Source: Chara braunii (lineage: Eukaryota; Plantae; Charophyceae). Taken from it: a stretch of DNA of 54,925 nt. Each line of letters begins with the position of its first letter. Within the stretch, counting starts at the first letter, position 1. Shown piece after piece: positions 13,346-26,462 of the stretch. The position numbers and the translations under genes are program-made. Under the pieces are notes generated by a model. The model ran no database searches. It was not told the origin of the DNA and saw only the letters and a program-made list of their open reading frames with translations. Where the stretch lies: contig BFEA01000007.1 of assembly GCA_003427395.1 (NCBI GenBank), positions 377,112 through 432,036 of the forward strand, read 5' to 3'.

Positions 13346-13990
13346 CTTTAACTGTCCCCACCTCGGCAGATAGGACAGCTACGGTGAGGATGATGTGGAT
13401 GTTCACAAGGATACCCAAGGAGAGTTGCGCCAGCACAGCATTCAGCAGGACGGCTAGCACGAACCATCCCATCAAAACAGTCCTGACAGGACATGTTGTC
13501 CACATGTCAAAAGAACAGCAGGACATTCATCACAGTGCGGCATCATGCAGTTCTGATAGCGTCCTTGGGCACAAAAGGGACAACGTATATCTGGGTGATA
13601 GGGATGGAAATGTGGGACACCCTTCAGTACAGACAGCGGCAACCGCAATAGATTGGTAATGGCTATGGCATAGATGATGCATTCCACAGCCAAGGCGCAC
13701 CCCGTCTCTGTCCCGACAGGTGTCACACGAGAGTCAATATAATCCAAAATAAAGTATGATTCAACAATGCAGGCAAAAGTTCATTTCCGTCAAAAATAGC
13801 CTGACTCATCGTCCCACCATCCCACAATTCCCACTGGGCAGCTGCACGAATGAGTGCCATATAATGCCCGGGTCTGTGCAAAATACAGGCAGAAATATGA
13901 GGATGGTCTTTAAGGTCATCGCCTGGCATCGCATGATACATAAGAAGGTGGCGACCGTGGAATGATACGGGTAGTTGTAAGACACTTTTA
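12945..13990 (-). mobile_element. Josephin-like/RING element, copy A (5'-truncated or decayed)
   Basis: ILHRPGHYMALIRAAAQWELWDGG, then RING-like repeats ending CEHPHHPHRSCPICRGGDS* (stop at 13348-13350). Then a conserved 3' block (13017-13115), a U-rich tract and the terminus GCGCTCCGAT at 12945 next to TA-rich sequence. Confidence 0.65.
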
Positions 13991-14987
13991 CAGTAAAGCC
14001 CTTTACTGAGGTAGAGTATAGTTACTCCCTACCCTCAGCAGGTGGACCATTATGATCATACATACAACAACTGATTTTCAACAGCGTCAAGCCGATAAGC
14101 AATCGTAACAAATTGGGATGCAGTATAATATTATATACATCCGTTAAAATAGGAACAATGGCTCCTACGCAAAAGGGAAAAAAAAAAAAAAGCGAAAGTT
14201 CCTCGTCATGACCAAAGTTACCAAACAAACAATGATGACCCCATAGAGGAAAAAACAACCAAAAAAAAAAAGAACAGACAGCATCAGCCATCATGATAAT
14301 CGAGCCGGGACAACTATCGACGGGGAAGGGAAAAAAAAAAAAAAAAAAAAAAAAAACACGCAACACGGTATCACCTCCTCGCTCACACTATGGCTTCTTT
14401 TTTCTTATTTATGGATGTAATTGCGATCAAATACATCGAGGTCTGAGCGCAAAAGCGGCCAGATTCGTTGAATTTACAATAGAGTTCGAGTACGCCCTGA
14501 TGATGAGCCTCACTCCACTACTCACCAAATGTGCAAAATAAGAATGGATCTTACGCTAGAGTATGGAAAGGTACAGAGCCATATTTTGTCTTTTGTGCAT
14601 CTGTGGAGTAGTGGAGAGAGGCCCACGCAAACTCTCGTTTTCCATTGCTACTCACCTCAGAAACACAGGCGGAGGGAAAAAAAAAAAACGCGAGCGGACG
14701 TTGCTGACACTATCCCGAGTTTTCGACTGAAGAATCGTGGATAGGTCATTGAGCAAGGAATCTTTTTCGGCCCCCGGGAAATACGGAGAAAAATTATGTA
14801 AAGTACCAAAGGGCCCAGCTTATCAGTTGGTCCAACCATAAACTGTCGAAAATTGCGAAGTGGTTAACTTGACCAAGGAGGATGGTGGGACTCCTAGTAT
14901 TACTGTGTACAAGTGGTTTGTGGATTTGATTTAGGACCAATCTTAGGTCCTGCAGAGTAAAATAGGGGTTCTGCAGTTACATAAAGG

Positions 14988-15235
14988 GTTAATTTCAAAA
15001 ACATTGCGGTTTCAAAGTTATGGCGGCAGCAAAATGTCGTCCGTTCGAAGTTTCCTTTGCAAAAATTCCTTTGCAAAAATAGAGGTTTCGTTGCAGCTTT
15101 ATCGGGTTCCCATAGTTTGCCAGCAAAAATAAAAATACAGAGTTTTGCCAAGTTTCACAGCAAAGGACCCCTAGGCCCCTGGCCTCAGGGACTCAGGGAC
15201 TCAGCGTTCCGGCCTCAGGCACTCAGCTTTTCCCT

Positions 15236-15268
<33 letters not shown>

Positions 15269-15610
15269 CCCCGCGGGCATGGCCGAAGCATCTCGGGCGT
15301 GGCCCGTGGCCACGGGTTTTCTTTTTTTTTTTTTTTTTTCCCGCGGCCGTGGCCGAGGCATTTCGGGCCCAAAAAAAAAAAAAAAAAAAACGCTGAGTGC
15401 CTAAGGCCAGAACGCTGAGTCCCTGAGTCCCCGAGGCCAGAGGCCTAGGAGTCCTTGCTGTGAAACTGGTCAAAACGCGGTATTTTTGGTGGCAAACTAT
15501 GGGAACCCGATAAACCTGCAACGAAAACTCTATTTTTACAAAGGAAACTTCGAACGAACGACATTTTTGCTGCCAAACTTGGAAGGAGCAATATTTTTGC
15601 TATTAATCCA
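14988..15610. mobile_element. Foldback/MITE-like element with ~250-bp imperfect terminal inverted repeats
   Basis: The left arm (ggttaat...tttatcgggttcccatagtttgcc...ggcactcagc) is the reverse complement of the right arm (gctgagtgcc...ggcaaactatgggaacccgataaa...attaatcc). Confidence 0.8.
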
Positions 15611-15654
15611 TATCTGGGTGATGGGGATGACATATACGGGGGTATACATACAGA

Positions 15655-16458
15655 GTCAAACAGAACTGCCTGGTAAGTCGTAGGCAGAGAACGAGAAGAG
15701 GACAACAAACGAGGGGCTGCCACAGACTGTTTCGTCGGAGTCTCACCTACTGAGTCATGCATATGCATATATATATACTGAATTTGTGAATATACTCGGC
15801 CTCCTGATGAGTCGGTAGGTGAGACTCCTATGAAACAGTCTGTCGCAGCCCCTCGTTTGTTGTCCTCTTCTCCCTCTTGTCCCTCTCTGCCTACTCTTCA
15901 CCCGGACAGTTCTCTATAATCACGATAATCTATCACGATAAGTAGATATCCACTATATATTTATATCGTCACATGAATATCAGAGCGCAAAGACAAAAAA
16001 AACAGAAGAAAACAAGAAAAATATAATTCGTTTTTTAATCTTCTTCCTTACAAGACTCCCCCTGTTCAGAACCTCTTGCGTACAAGGCCGCCCACGTGGA
16101 TGTAGGTTGAGCGGCGGCTGCCCCCATCCCCGTGTGTCATATATCATATATCGTCGCACCATGTATCGGAGCGCAGTTTGTCACAGCCACTCGACGTTTG
16201 CTGTCCTCTTCTCCCTCTCTGCCTACGGTTCACCGGCAGCTTGCTCTGTTTGACGATATACATATACATACATTTACTCTCACGCTGTGAATCGGAGCGC
16301 ATACATACATGTACAATTATTATATTATTATACAGATATTAAACATACACATAATATACAGAACTGCACTGCCCGGTAAACCGTCGGCAGAGAGGGAGAA
16401 GAGGAGAACGGACGCGAGGCTGTGAAGAAGTGTGTCGTTCGGAGTTTGACCGACTCAT
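15655..16458. mobile_element. Cluster 1 of short hammerhead-derived insertions (family B) plus family C 3' stubs
   Basis: B copies at 15655-15758(-), 15800-15913(+), 16174-16258(+) and 16359-16458(-). C stubs at 15979-16139(-), 16165-16175 and 16291-16301. Copies are separated by TA/TACA-rich spacers. Confidence 0.8.
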
Positions 16459-18108
16459 ATGTATGACCGAGCACATATGTATGTATATATTGTCACGTGA
16501 TGTATGTATATATATATCGTGACACAGTGTATTGTCACGTATATGACACATCGGTTAAATTTCGCATTTCCTTTTTTCCTGCGCGTCAAGCCTTACAACT
16601 ATCGACAAGTTGACGACAACGATAATTACATTGACCTCGGGGCAGTGAAGAAGCACGCTAAGCTCTCGTGGTTAGGGTTCAAGACTCCCTCCTCCCTCTC
16701 CTAATCAAATACAGGAAACGACGGGGCGAAAATCGTAGGGAAAACACGAAGGGGACAACAGAACCTGCAAAATGAGAACGAATCTTCCGCCAGAACATGG
16801 AAAGATACACCACAGGACGTGCATGCATTCCAGAGAGTAACGGTCATCCCGAGATCTCGGGTCTCGCTCCACCACTCACCAAATGTGCAAAATGAGAATG
16901 GATTTTCCGTTGGAACACCGGAAGATACATCGCGATTACTTCTCTCTTTTGTCCACGTGGTGAGTGGGGCAGCGAGGCCCCTCCGGTGCGTATTGCGTAT
17001 TACAAACCAAGCTGATATGACCTCAGATGAACCGCTTCTTCCCCCCCCCCCCCCACCCCCCTCCTCCCAATAATAAGTTAACAATAATAATTTCGATTCG
17101 TAAACAGGACGGACCCAGAGCTTCAAAATAGTTGGCAGATTTCTTTTAGAACTATTTACATACATAATAGAAAATTAATAATTAAAAAAAACAACTATTC
17201 ACATACATACTATCACAGAAAGAAAATTGCGTATAATCACTCGAACGGATTGCTTGCTAAGAACACACTTCCCGATCCCAACCTCAAAAAAAGCAGTTGT
17301 CGTCCATCAGAAAATCTAGTCCATCGGGATACCGTTCTATAATAGGAAGGATAGAGAGAAGAGTACCATGGCCCCTGCGCAAGGAGGGAAAAAAGGAAGG
17401 AAAAAAAAGAAAAGAAGAAAGGAAGAAAAATACCAAACAAACAAACAAACAAACAAAAAAAAAGTCGTTAAATTACATTGGTTTCGACGATATTAAGACA
17501 ATCGAACAACAAATAAAGAAGATGCTTACCATGACAAAGCGGGACATATATAATTAACAAGAGAAATTCGCACAACTCAAAACAAAAAGAAAAACTAGCA
17601 TAATTGAAGAGAAAAATTAGCATATATTTATCAAAAATAAAAATGGGCATAATCAAATATAAAAATAGGGCGGCTCGCGGAGAGGACTTTAAGAAAAAAT
17701 CAGATGAAACGTAAACTGTGCTATGCTTCCTGTCTGCCATGGAAACTAAAGGCATACTCACACTACCCTTCTTCATCTGAACAGAAAGCCCGGTCAATCT
17801 AGCGGTATTTGGGGCAACTTTCAGTCTAGATGCAGCGATGGTGAACGCGAGTTCTATTCGGGTGAAGACGGTAGGACCTTTTTCACTCCTTTCTGGACGT
17901 AATTGCGGTCACATACATTCCCTTGGGGGCCGTAAATGCGGTCCGATACATTTGAGATAGTGCTACTGTGAGTGCGCCGTCATTGGTAAGGTCTAAATCG
18001 GCCGATACTCACCGTTCCAAAATTAATCTGTTGAGAAAAAAAGAAAAAAATCCTTTGTTGAGAAAAAGAAAAAAATCATTTGTCGGTAATTGCGGTCCCA
18101 TACAGCCA

Positions 18109-18277
18109 GGGCCAAGTCCCACTACAAGCAGCGTCGACTTTCCTCAACGCCTGAATCTGGACGTGTTCGTGGAGATGTGCTGAAATGGCGTCATGTTTCC
18201 TCAACCGCACATCGCCGCAAACACGTCCAGATTCAGGCGTTGAGGAAACTCGACGCTGCTAGTGGGACCTGGCCCCC
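18109..18277. repeat. ~170-bp imperfect palindrome (MITE-like hairpin)
   Basis: cagcgtcgactttcctcaacgcctgaatctggacgtgtt pairs with aacacgtccagattcaggcgttgaggaaactcgacgctg. Confidence 0.75.
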
Positions 18278-19134
18278 AGTCTCGCGAGAGTTCACACCGA
18301 CGACTCCCATGAAAAGGACTTTCCCAATACCAACGAGCCCACCGGTCGCTCAGTCGGTCCATCCACGAGCCTACCGGTAGCTCAGTCGGTCCATCCACGA
18401 GCTGTTGACTTACAGACCCAAGTAGACACAATCCGCTGACCAAAACAAAATAATTCTTAGTAAGGAAAAAAAAACAAAAAAAACAGAATAATTCTTAGTC
18501 ATCTGGGGCTGGTCAGCTCAAGGATGATATCCGACGGCCGTCGCCTTTTCAAAAAGAAAAAAGAGGAAGAGAGAAAATAACAAAGAGGACTTCTTAATCG
18601 ACGTCGAGACCGATCCAAGTATGATACCAAAAAAAACATAATCGAAATAAGAACCGAAAACTGAATCACCAACCGCTCCTTAAAAAAAAAAAAAGCTCGT
18701 TTAAAATAATAAAGAAAAGTAAAAAATTTGTCCAGACTCCAGAGCGGTCCAGTTTAAAAATCCATTTATGTCGCACTCCAGACAGAAGACCATACGACAA
18801 CGCGAGAGACATAATTACGGGGGAAAATAGAAAAAAGAATATCGACAAGCTAACAGCAAGAAAAAGCGGACGACAACAACAACAACGACAACAAAGCAGG
18901 AAACAGTTCAGACGAGGCAACACTCGTAATAATGACGAGGACCCACTTCTCTCATGTCTGACTCATCGAACCGCACTTACGTCCAGATACATTCATCACC
19001 AAAACGACTCGGATGTGGCGTGCGCGCCCACTACTTCCTTACCCAACCCAACCTCGACCTCTCAATCAAGCCGCCGCATCCACATGTTACTACCGTCTTC
19101 ACCCGAATAGAACGCTCGGCGGTCATTCCAGCTC

Positions 19135-19549
19135 GCGGTATTTGGGGCAACTTTCAGTCTAAATACAGCGAGGGCGACCGGGCGTTCTATTCGAGTGAAG
19201 ACGTGTATTTTTCTATACAATGTCACACGAATGTTTTAATTCGACAGCATGTTGCTTTCCTGCTTGTCAAACTGCATGCGGTATTTGGGGCAACTTTCAG
19301 TCTAAATACAGCGATGGCGACCGGGCGTTCTATTCGAGTGAAGACGTGTATTTTTCTATACAACATCACACGAACGTTTTAATTGGACTGCATGTTCATT
19401 TCCTGCTTGTCAACCTGCGTGCGGTATTTGGGGCAACTTTCAGTCTAAATACAGCGATGGCGACCGGGCGTTCTATTCGAGTGAAGACGTGTATTTTTGT
19501 ATACAATATCACACGAACGTTTTAATTCGACTGCATGTTCATTTCCTGC
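19135..19549 (+). repeat. 143-bp tandem repeat x3 (related single hairpin copy at ~17763-17875)
   Basis: GCGGTATTTGGGGCAACTTTCAGTCTA starts at 19135, 19278, 19421 and 17802. Confidence 0.9.
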
Positions 19550-19605
19550 TAGTGGTTTAGCAGACGGGAGGAGCCTGAATCGACGAGTAACTGAAGTCCC
19601 TCGCA

Positions 19606-20108
19606 CACTGCCCTGTAAATCAATCGTAGGCAGCGAGTGAGAAAAGGACAGCGAACGATGGGCTCTGACAGACTGTTTCGTCGGAGTATCACCGACTCAG
19701 CACGAGGCTGAACCCTACATATCTCTCTATATATTATCACAAAAATATCAGAGCGGAAATGCGGAAAGAAAGGGAAAAAAAAAGAAAAGAAACCAGGGAA
19801 AATTGAATTCAATTTTTTTTCTTCTTCCTTATAACTCCCCCTGTTCAGAACCTCTTGCGTACAAGGCCGTATATATGTCACATATATTGTCACACATATA
19901 TCGTCACAAACAGAACTGCCCGGTAAACCGTAGGCAGAGAGAGAGAAGAGGACAACAAACGACGGGCTGTGACATATTGTCACACATATATATAGATATG
20001 CATATCGTTGAACACAACTGCTCGGTAAATCGCAGGGAGACAGGGAGAAGAGGACAACACACGAGTGGCTGTGACAGACTGTTTCGTCGGAGTCTCACCG
20101 ACTGATCA
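19606..20108 (-). mobile_element. Cluster 2 of family B hammerhead-derived short insertions plus a family C stub
   Basis: B copies at 19606-19715, 19900-19974 and 20004-20108; C stub at 19747-19869. All are on the minus strand. Confidence 0.8.
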
Positions 20109-21244
20109 TATCATCATATTCATTACGAATTGAGTATCTCACTGCAATCACTTGTCACTTCACACAAGTCTGTTCCTCTCGGCGCCGCCTCTGAGAACCT
20201 TCCAACCTACCTCGGATCTTCCGCCATAGCCAGTCTCTCACTCAACCTCCTCACGAGCTCTTCCTCCTCGGTGGAACCTGTCGCTTCTCTGCTTCCCCCG
20301 CTTCTCTCCTCCCTTCCTAACTCTCCGCTCCTCTCATCTCTTCCTCCGCGTCGGTGATGCCGACGGCCGCCGCCGCCTCCCTCCTAAACTCTGCTGTGCA
20401 AGTGTTTGTCATGCAAGCGCCGCCAGCCGCCAGCCGCCAGTCGTTCATCACATCCGGGTCACTTGGATGTGAAGCCGCTCATGTATTGCCCGCGTAGTGA
20501 TAGTTCCCCGCCAAAACGACTCTTGAAGCTGGACTGTTTTTCCACAGCCAAAATATGACCACGGAGGCTTGACTGCCCCTTTTTCCCGCCCCAGCGACTC
20601 TGCGGCCTGACTGTTTCCCGCCACAGTCAACCCGCAGCTTGACTGTTCCCCGCCTCAGATCGACGGCTCGCTTGCCACGGAGCTTGACTGTTTCCCGCCG
20701 CAGACCGACAGCTCGCTTGCCCGGGGGTTGACTGTTTCCAAGGGTTAAATTAAATTACGGCGAAGGTCAACGGGTTAAATTTAATTACGGCGAAGGTCAA
20801 CGGCCAGAGGCAAGAGATCCGAGGCTAAGTCCCACTAGGGCACTACCGTCTTCACCCCAACACAACGTACCCTGAGTATGACTGCATCGAGCCGGAAAGA
20901 TGGCTTGTATACATTCAGAATCAGGGTGCGTTGTGTTTTGGGAAAGCCGGTGCGTTGTGTTTTGGGAAAGCCGGTGGCGGGGACTTGCACGTAGTTTCGA
21001 GTACGCAGCTGTTCTGCCATCTGATCTGTCCGATCTGGACATATCGCGTCTGCGCCGTCTGCACTGTGGCCACGTTGAAAAATCCTCGAAACTTGCCGGA
21101 CTCCCGGGGGCTAGGTCCCACTTGCACGAGGTAGGTCCTTGAAATAGGGGCTGCACGGGGTAGGTCCTTGCAATAGGGGCTGATCCCACTATGAACTTTT
21201 ACCAAAAAGTCGTAAAACTCCCTTGAAAGTAGGAGAAGTATCCA

Positions 21245-21300
21245 GCGGCCTAGCTCAGTTGGTAAGGCACACAAGTGGCATTCAGGAGGTCTTGGGTTCT
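21245..21300 (+). pseudogene. tRNA-like/SINE head remnant
   Basis: A-box TAGCTCAGTTGG and a degenerate B-box GGTTC about 45 nt downstream; no complete cloverleaf. Confidence 0.35.
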
Positions 21301-21920
21301 CATGTACCTTCCTGGGCATGCTTGGTGCCCGCCACCTAGAGATAGCCCGTTGGTCCCCCCAATTGGCATTAAAAAGCAGTCTCTGCTGACGTTCATAGGG
21401 GCAGGGGTACTCAGGAAGGCACAGCGACTGGCTACTCAGATGATGCTCGGTCCCCGGTGCCCCCCAGTGGGGGATCCCTGAAGGTTATCAGGCCACCCTA
21501 AGGCTATCAGGCCACCCTGGGCTGAAAAGGCCACCGTTGTCAGATTAGACACAAGATTGAATTTACCTGGGCTGGTTAGTCCGATGATAATACCTCAAGG
21601 CCATTGCCCTTTTGAAAAGAAAAAAAAAAGTAGAAGCAGAGAACTTTTCGTAGGGAAAAAGTGGGATCCCATACTCGGCCCGGACTTCTTGGCGCTTTCC
21701 CGATTGCATCCCCGAATTTCGATGGCCGTGCATGAGTCCAGTGGAGACACCCAGTCTCCTTTTGTGTCTGCGCGCGCCGCTCACAAAGAAAGACCGCCTT
21801 CACAAAAAAAAAAAAACAATTGGTTGGACCACGGACACAAGAAAGACCGCCTTCACAAAAAAAGAACCCGCCCCCCCCCCCCCCCAAAACTTGCCTACTT
21901 TTTGGGGGAAGGGTAGGGGG

Positions 21921-22623
21921 NNNNNNNNNNNNNNNNNNNNNNNNNNNNNNNNNNNNNNNNNNNNNNNNNNNNNNNNNNNNNNNNNNNNNNNNNNNNNNNN
22001 NNNNNNNNNNNNNNNNNNNNNNNNNNNNNNNNNNNNNNNNNNNNNNNNNNNNNNNNNNNNNNNNNNNNNNNNNNNNNNNNNNNNNNNNNNNNNNNNNNNN
22101 NNNNNNNNNNNNNNNNNNNNNNNNNNNNNNNNNNNNNNNNNNNNNNNNNNNNNNNNNNNNNNNNNNNNNNNNNNNNNNNNNNNNNNNNNNNNNNNNNNNN
22201 NNNNNNNNNNNNNNNNNNNNNNNNNNNNNNNNNNNNNNNNNNNNNNNNNNNNNNNNNNNNNNNNNNNNNNNNNNNNNNNNNNNNNNNNNNNNNNNNNNNN
22301 NNNNNNNNNNNNNNNNNNNNNNNNNNNNNNNNNNNNNNNNNNNNNNNNNNNNNNNNNNNNNNNNNNNNNNNNNNNNNNNNNNNNNNNNNNNNNNNNNNNN
22401 NNNNNNNNNNNNNNNNNNNNNNNNNNNNNNNNNNNNNNNNNNNNNNNNNNNNNNNNNNNNNNNNNNNNNNNNNNNNNNNNNNNNNNNNNNNNNNNNNNNN
22501 NNNNNNNNNNNNNNNNNNNNNNNNNNNNNNNNNNNNNNNNNNNNNNNNNNNNNNNNNNNNNNNNNNNNNNNNNNNNNNNNNNNNNNNNNNNNNNNNNNNN
22601 NNNNNNNNNNNNNNNNNNNNNNN
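21921..22623. other. Assembly gap (N run); others at 41215-41249, 42918-42973 and 52312-53036
   Basis: Runs of N. Confidence 1.
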
Positions 22624-24849
22624 TTTTTTTAAAGAAAGTCCAGGTTGTTGTAGAGGTCGGTTTCTGGGCTTACCAAGCTGAGAAATGGCGGAAACTGAAG
22701 TTCCCACGCGGCGTTACAACCCGGCCGGTTTCGGCTTGCCGCCCACTAGAACTCTTCAAGGGTCTAAAAAAAGTCGGCTGAAGAACACCTGACTAGACAA
22801 TCTATATATACCCTACCAAATAATAGACTGACTGACATACTACTGGTTTCAACCGGTCACTTCCAACTTCCAAGGAAAACAGTCACGACTCACTTTTTCA
22901 TCCCACACGCAGGTAGATCAAACCCTTACAGAAACAAACACAAACCGAAGGAACAAAACATACTACACATAAGAACCAAGAATGGGAAGCGAGGAAAAAT
23001 AATATCTAGCGCTATCAAGTATCTTTTAGAAACCTCATACCACTGCCAAACACCAGTTCAACCTAAGCCACAACATCTAGAAGTACTGGGCTCGAAGCCA
23101 CAGTGTCACCCAAAAACCTCAAACCACGACCAAGGGCCGGTTCGCTCATGCTAAAAAAAATTCACACCACGCCCAAGTTCAAGCACAAAAGAAGCCTCTC
23201 ACTAGAACTGGTTCAACCAAAATCACAACATCCCAGAGGTAGTGGGCTAGAAGCCATACCCAGAAGCCTCACACCACGGCCAAGTGCAGGTTCGCCCAAG
23301 CTTAACGACCTCCCATTACAGCCAAGTACGGGCACAACTGAAAAAACAAACGAAAACCTCGCCGAGGTAACGGGCTCGAAACCATGCTCAGAAACCAAAC
23401 ACTAGCAACAACAAGGCTGAAACTTGGAACATAAACAAACCAAAAGAATACCCCCTAAACATGGGGGTCATCATCCGGCCACCCAGAAACTGGCTCCACT
23501 TACTAGTAAGAACGGGTATCCACTCTCTCCACAATCCTCCACATTTGTTCCAAAAACTGATCAGTGCACGATCAAAGAAAAAAAGTCATCACGATAACCA
23601 CTTGTCCATAACTCACACTTGAGGGCGAACAAAAAAGGAAATAGTGAAACACCATACCCTCAACCAACGAGTACAATTTAGCATGATGCAAAAATAAAAT
23701 AATCACCACCATCTTTTGTTAGCGACTAGTAAAGGACACAAAATCCTGGATATTTTGGAATTTGAGATTACCATTAACATCATCCCTTTGATTTTTCATC
23801 AGCGGGAAGCACAACACCCCAGTCCTTCCACCAAAGATCTTTAGAACACATGCAAGAAAATCCTAGCAGCTACCTTCGTTCTTCTTCTCTAATACCAAAT
23901 TCTCGTCATAGCATCGATTGAAGACATTAATAAGACATGGTCCATTCACCTGAGACTTCATACTATCATATTTATAAACAACAAAAAAAGAAATATCGTT
24001 AACTAATCGAAGTCCGCGAAACATCTTCGGCCCGCCCCTATGCTGGACATAGAATCCTTCAGTAGGGTGGCCGCCTTTCAGGTTTCACCTCTAGGCCAAA
24101 ATAAAAAGGTCACCTGCTTCGTTATTCTTGGTTAGCAACCCACGCTGGGAGTTACGTCCCAACGATCCCGATTTTCTACCATAGGCTTGTCAATTTTAGT
24201 CCCTCAGACTGACTTCCTAGAGTGGATGAACGATATTCATTTCAATATATAGCAAACAAATTCATACTAGATATTTGACAAAAAATTCCCTGCTCGTCAG
24301 GTTGCTACTTACTGAATGAACGATGTATAAAAAAAAAAAAATCATAAATCTTTGGCAAAAAAATTCCTCCCTCGCCAGCTTGTCATTTAGTGGATGGACG
24401 ATGTCCATGACAATATAAAAAAAGAAAATTATAAAACCATCAACAATAATAAATTTTCATCATTGCAGGTTGCATCTTAGTGGTTGAATGTGGGGCACCG
24501 TCAGGTTGCGACGTAGTGAGTGAACGAGGGGTATCGTCGGGTTGTCACTCAGGGGTCATGTTTTTCACGTCTCGATCACAGATCGGTCAGAGACATGTCG
24601 GGGATCTTTCAAGACAAGCAAAATCATATGAAAACTCAAATAAATTATGCAATTATTGACTTCACAATACCACTGATGCAAAAATATATCATGTCTCGGA
24701 GATTTTTCAAGATAAGCAAGATCATATGAAAATCCAAATAAATTACACAATTATCGACTTCCACAATACCACTGGTGTAAAAAAATATCTTTCATAACAT
24801 CGACAATTCTGAAAGAGCCTCATTTTTTTTAATCTTACATACTTATCTC

Positions 24850-25234
24850 CTACGTTGCAACTTGTACGCACCCTCGTACGAGTACGGATTTATACTCTTG
24901 TACTCGTACGCTAGGGGCCCCGTACGAGTTTTTTTTTTATATTTATTTATTTTTAAATCCGGTATTATTTTTGTTTTTTTTCTCAAATTCTATTAAGAAT
25001 CTGAAGATGATGCTCAACCAAATGTTGCTTGTTTTGTGTTTTTGCATCACATAGTTTTTTTTTCGGATTTTTGCGATGAACCTTTGTTTTTTTTGTTCTT
25101 TTGTTTTTTGCTTTTTCTTACGGCGGTGTACAGGACGTACAAGTTTCCGTAGAGGTTCCCGTACGGATCCCATACAGAATTAACCTGTACGTTTCGTATG
25201 GGAAGCCCCCGTACGTGTACTCTATGCAACATAA
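24850..25234. mobile_element. hAT-type MITE
   Basis: Imperfect TIR ctacgttgca/tgcaacataa, 8-bp TSD CTTATCTC (24842-24849 and 25235-25242), CGTACG-rich subterminal repeats. Confidence 0.75.
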
Positions 25235-25948
25235 CTTATCTCAGACTAACCCCAAAAAGAAAAAAAAGAACGTTTTTTCAAGTCATATCTCCCTGTTGCG
25301 CATGCTTGTCTAATTATTAATGATATGATGATCCAAAATAGTTTAATGATTCAATACAAAGACTTAATTTAGATCGTCGTCATACTGACTCCCAAGGTTA
25401 TATCTTTGATAATTAGAATAATAGTAAAATCAGTAATATATTCCATGAATGTGTGTATAATACTCGGATCTGGGTATTAAGCAGAAATCATTCAAAGATG
25501 ATTAATTGTCTCATCGAAAAAAAATCAAACCACATTATGTCATCAAGATCGATATCATCGATGAAGAAACAAATCATATGCAACTTGTGACTATACGCAA
25601 AGTTTTCCCTCTGTTTTCACATAACTTTACAATACAAATGTAAATGACGTTCTCTTGCCATAAATAAGGAATATAACTCAAGATAACAGAAAAAATGTTT
25701 GAGACTGTAAGAAAAGTAAATAATATTTCATACGATATCAAAACATTATGTCCTACCAATTCAAACAAATATCAACTGGTAACCTCATTAACAATGAAAA
25801 TAATCATTACAATTAAAACTTTACAAGAATAATCACAGTGAAGTTTAAAAAAAAACAATAACGATGACATAACATATACTACTCCTCAAGGCTTAACAGG
25901 GGTGTATCATGCTGAAGGGTGGTGTAATTCAATCAAAAGGATAATATC

Positions 25949-26462
25949 CTAGGTTACCCATGGTCCGGAGACCGGACGTCTCCACCGGACGTCTCCCCCG
26001 GACGTCTCCCCCGGACGTCTCCCCCCCCCCGTCGTCCGGATTTCCGGACGACGTCTTTTTGGTACCAAAAAAAAAAAAAAAAAAAAAATTATGACAGTGT
26101 TGCGCATGGCCTAGAGACCCCCCACAAAAAATTCAGATTTTTCTTAGCATTTGCTGATAGGGTGGTATTTGGGGGTGGAGAGGGCGGTAGAAGGGGTTTT
26201 GGTGAGGATAAGAGGGGTATAGATGGGCAATGAATCTTTAAAGATTTTTATTATTTATTCTACTGGCCCAAATGATCCACAAATTTGGTGGCATACACCA
26301 AATGCAAGGTGGAGGCCACATGATTTTTTTCAATTATTATTATTATTATTTTTTTTTTGCGGTAGGTCGGACATGCCCTGTCTGGTCCGACGTCCGACCA
26401 GACGTCCGGTCGGACATCCCGGACGGTCAGGGGGGTCCCGGACGTCCGGCCCGGTAACCTAG
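25949..26462. mobile_element. hAT-type MITE (CCGGACGT family)
   Basis: TIR CTAGGTTACC/GGTAACCTAG; 8-bp TSD ATAATATC (25941-25948 and 26463-26470). Confidence 0.88.

Noticed and set aside
16057-16137. HDV-like ribozyme (TCCACGT resembles L3)
   Set aside because: P3 cannot pair around the loop and the P1/P1.1/P4 order does not fit on either strand.
19135-19549. CRISPR-like array
   Set aside because: Whole 143-bp units repeat with no unique spacers, there are no cas genes, and the context is eukaryotic.
21732-22781. Long ORFs spanning N runs (also 52076-53221)
   Set aside because: Artefacts of gaps.
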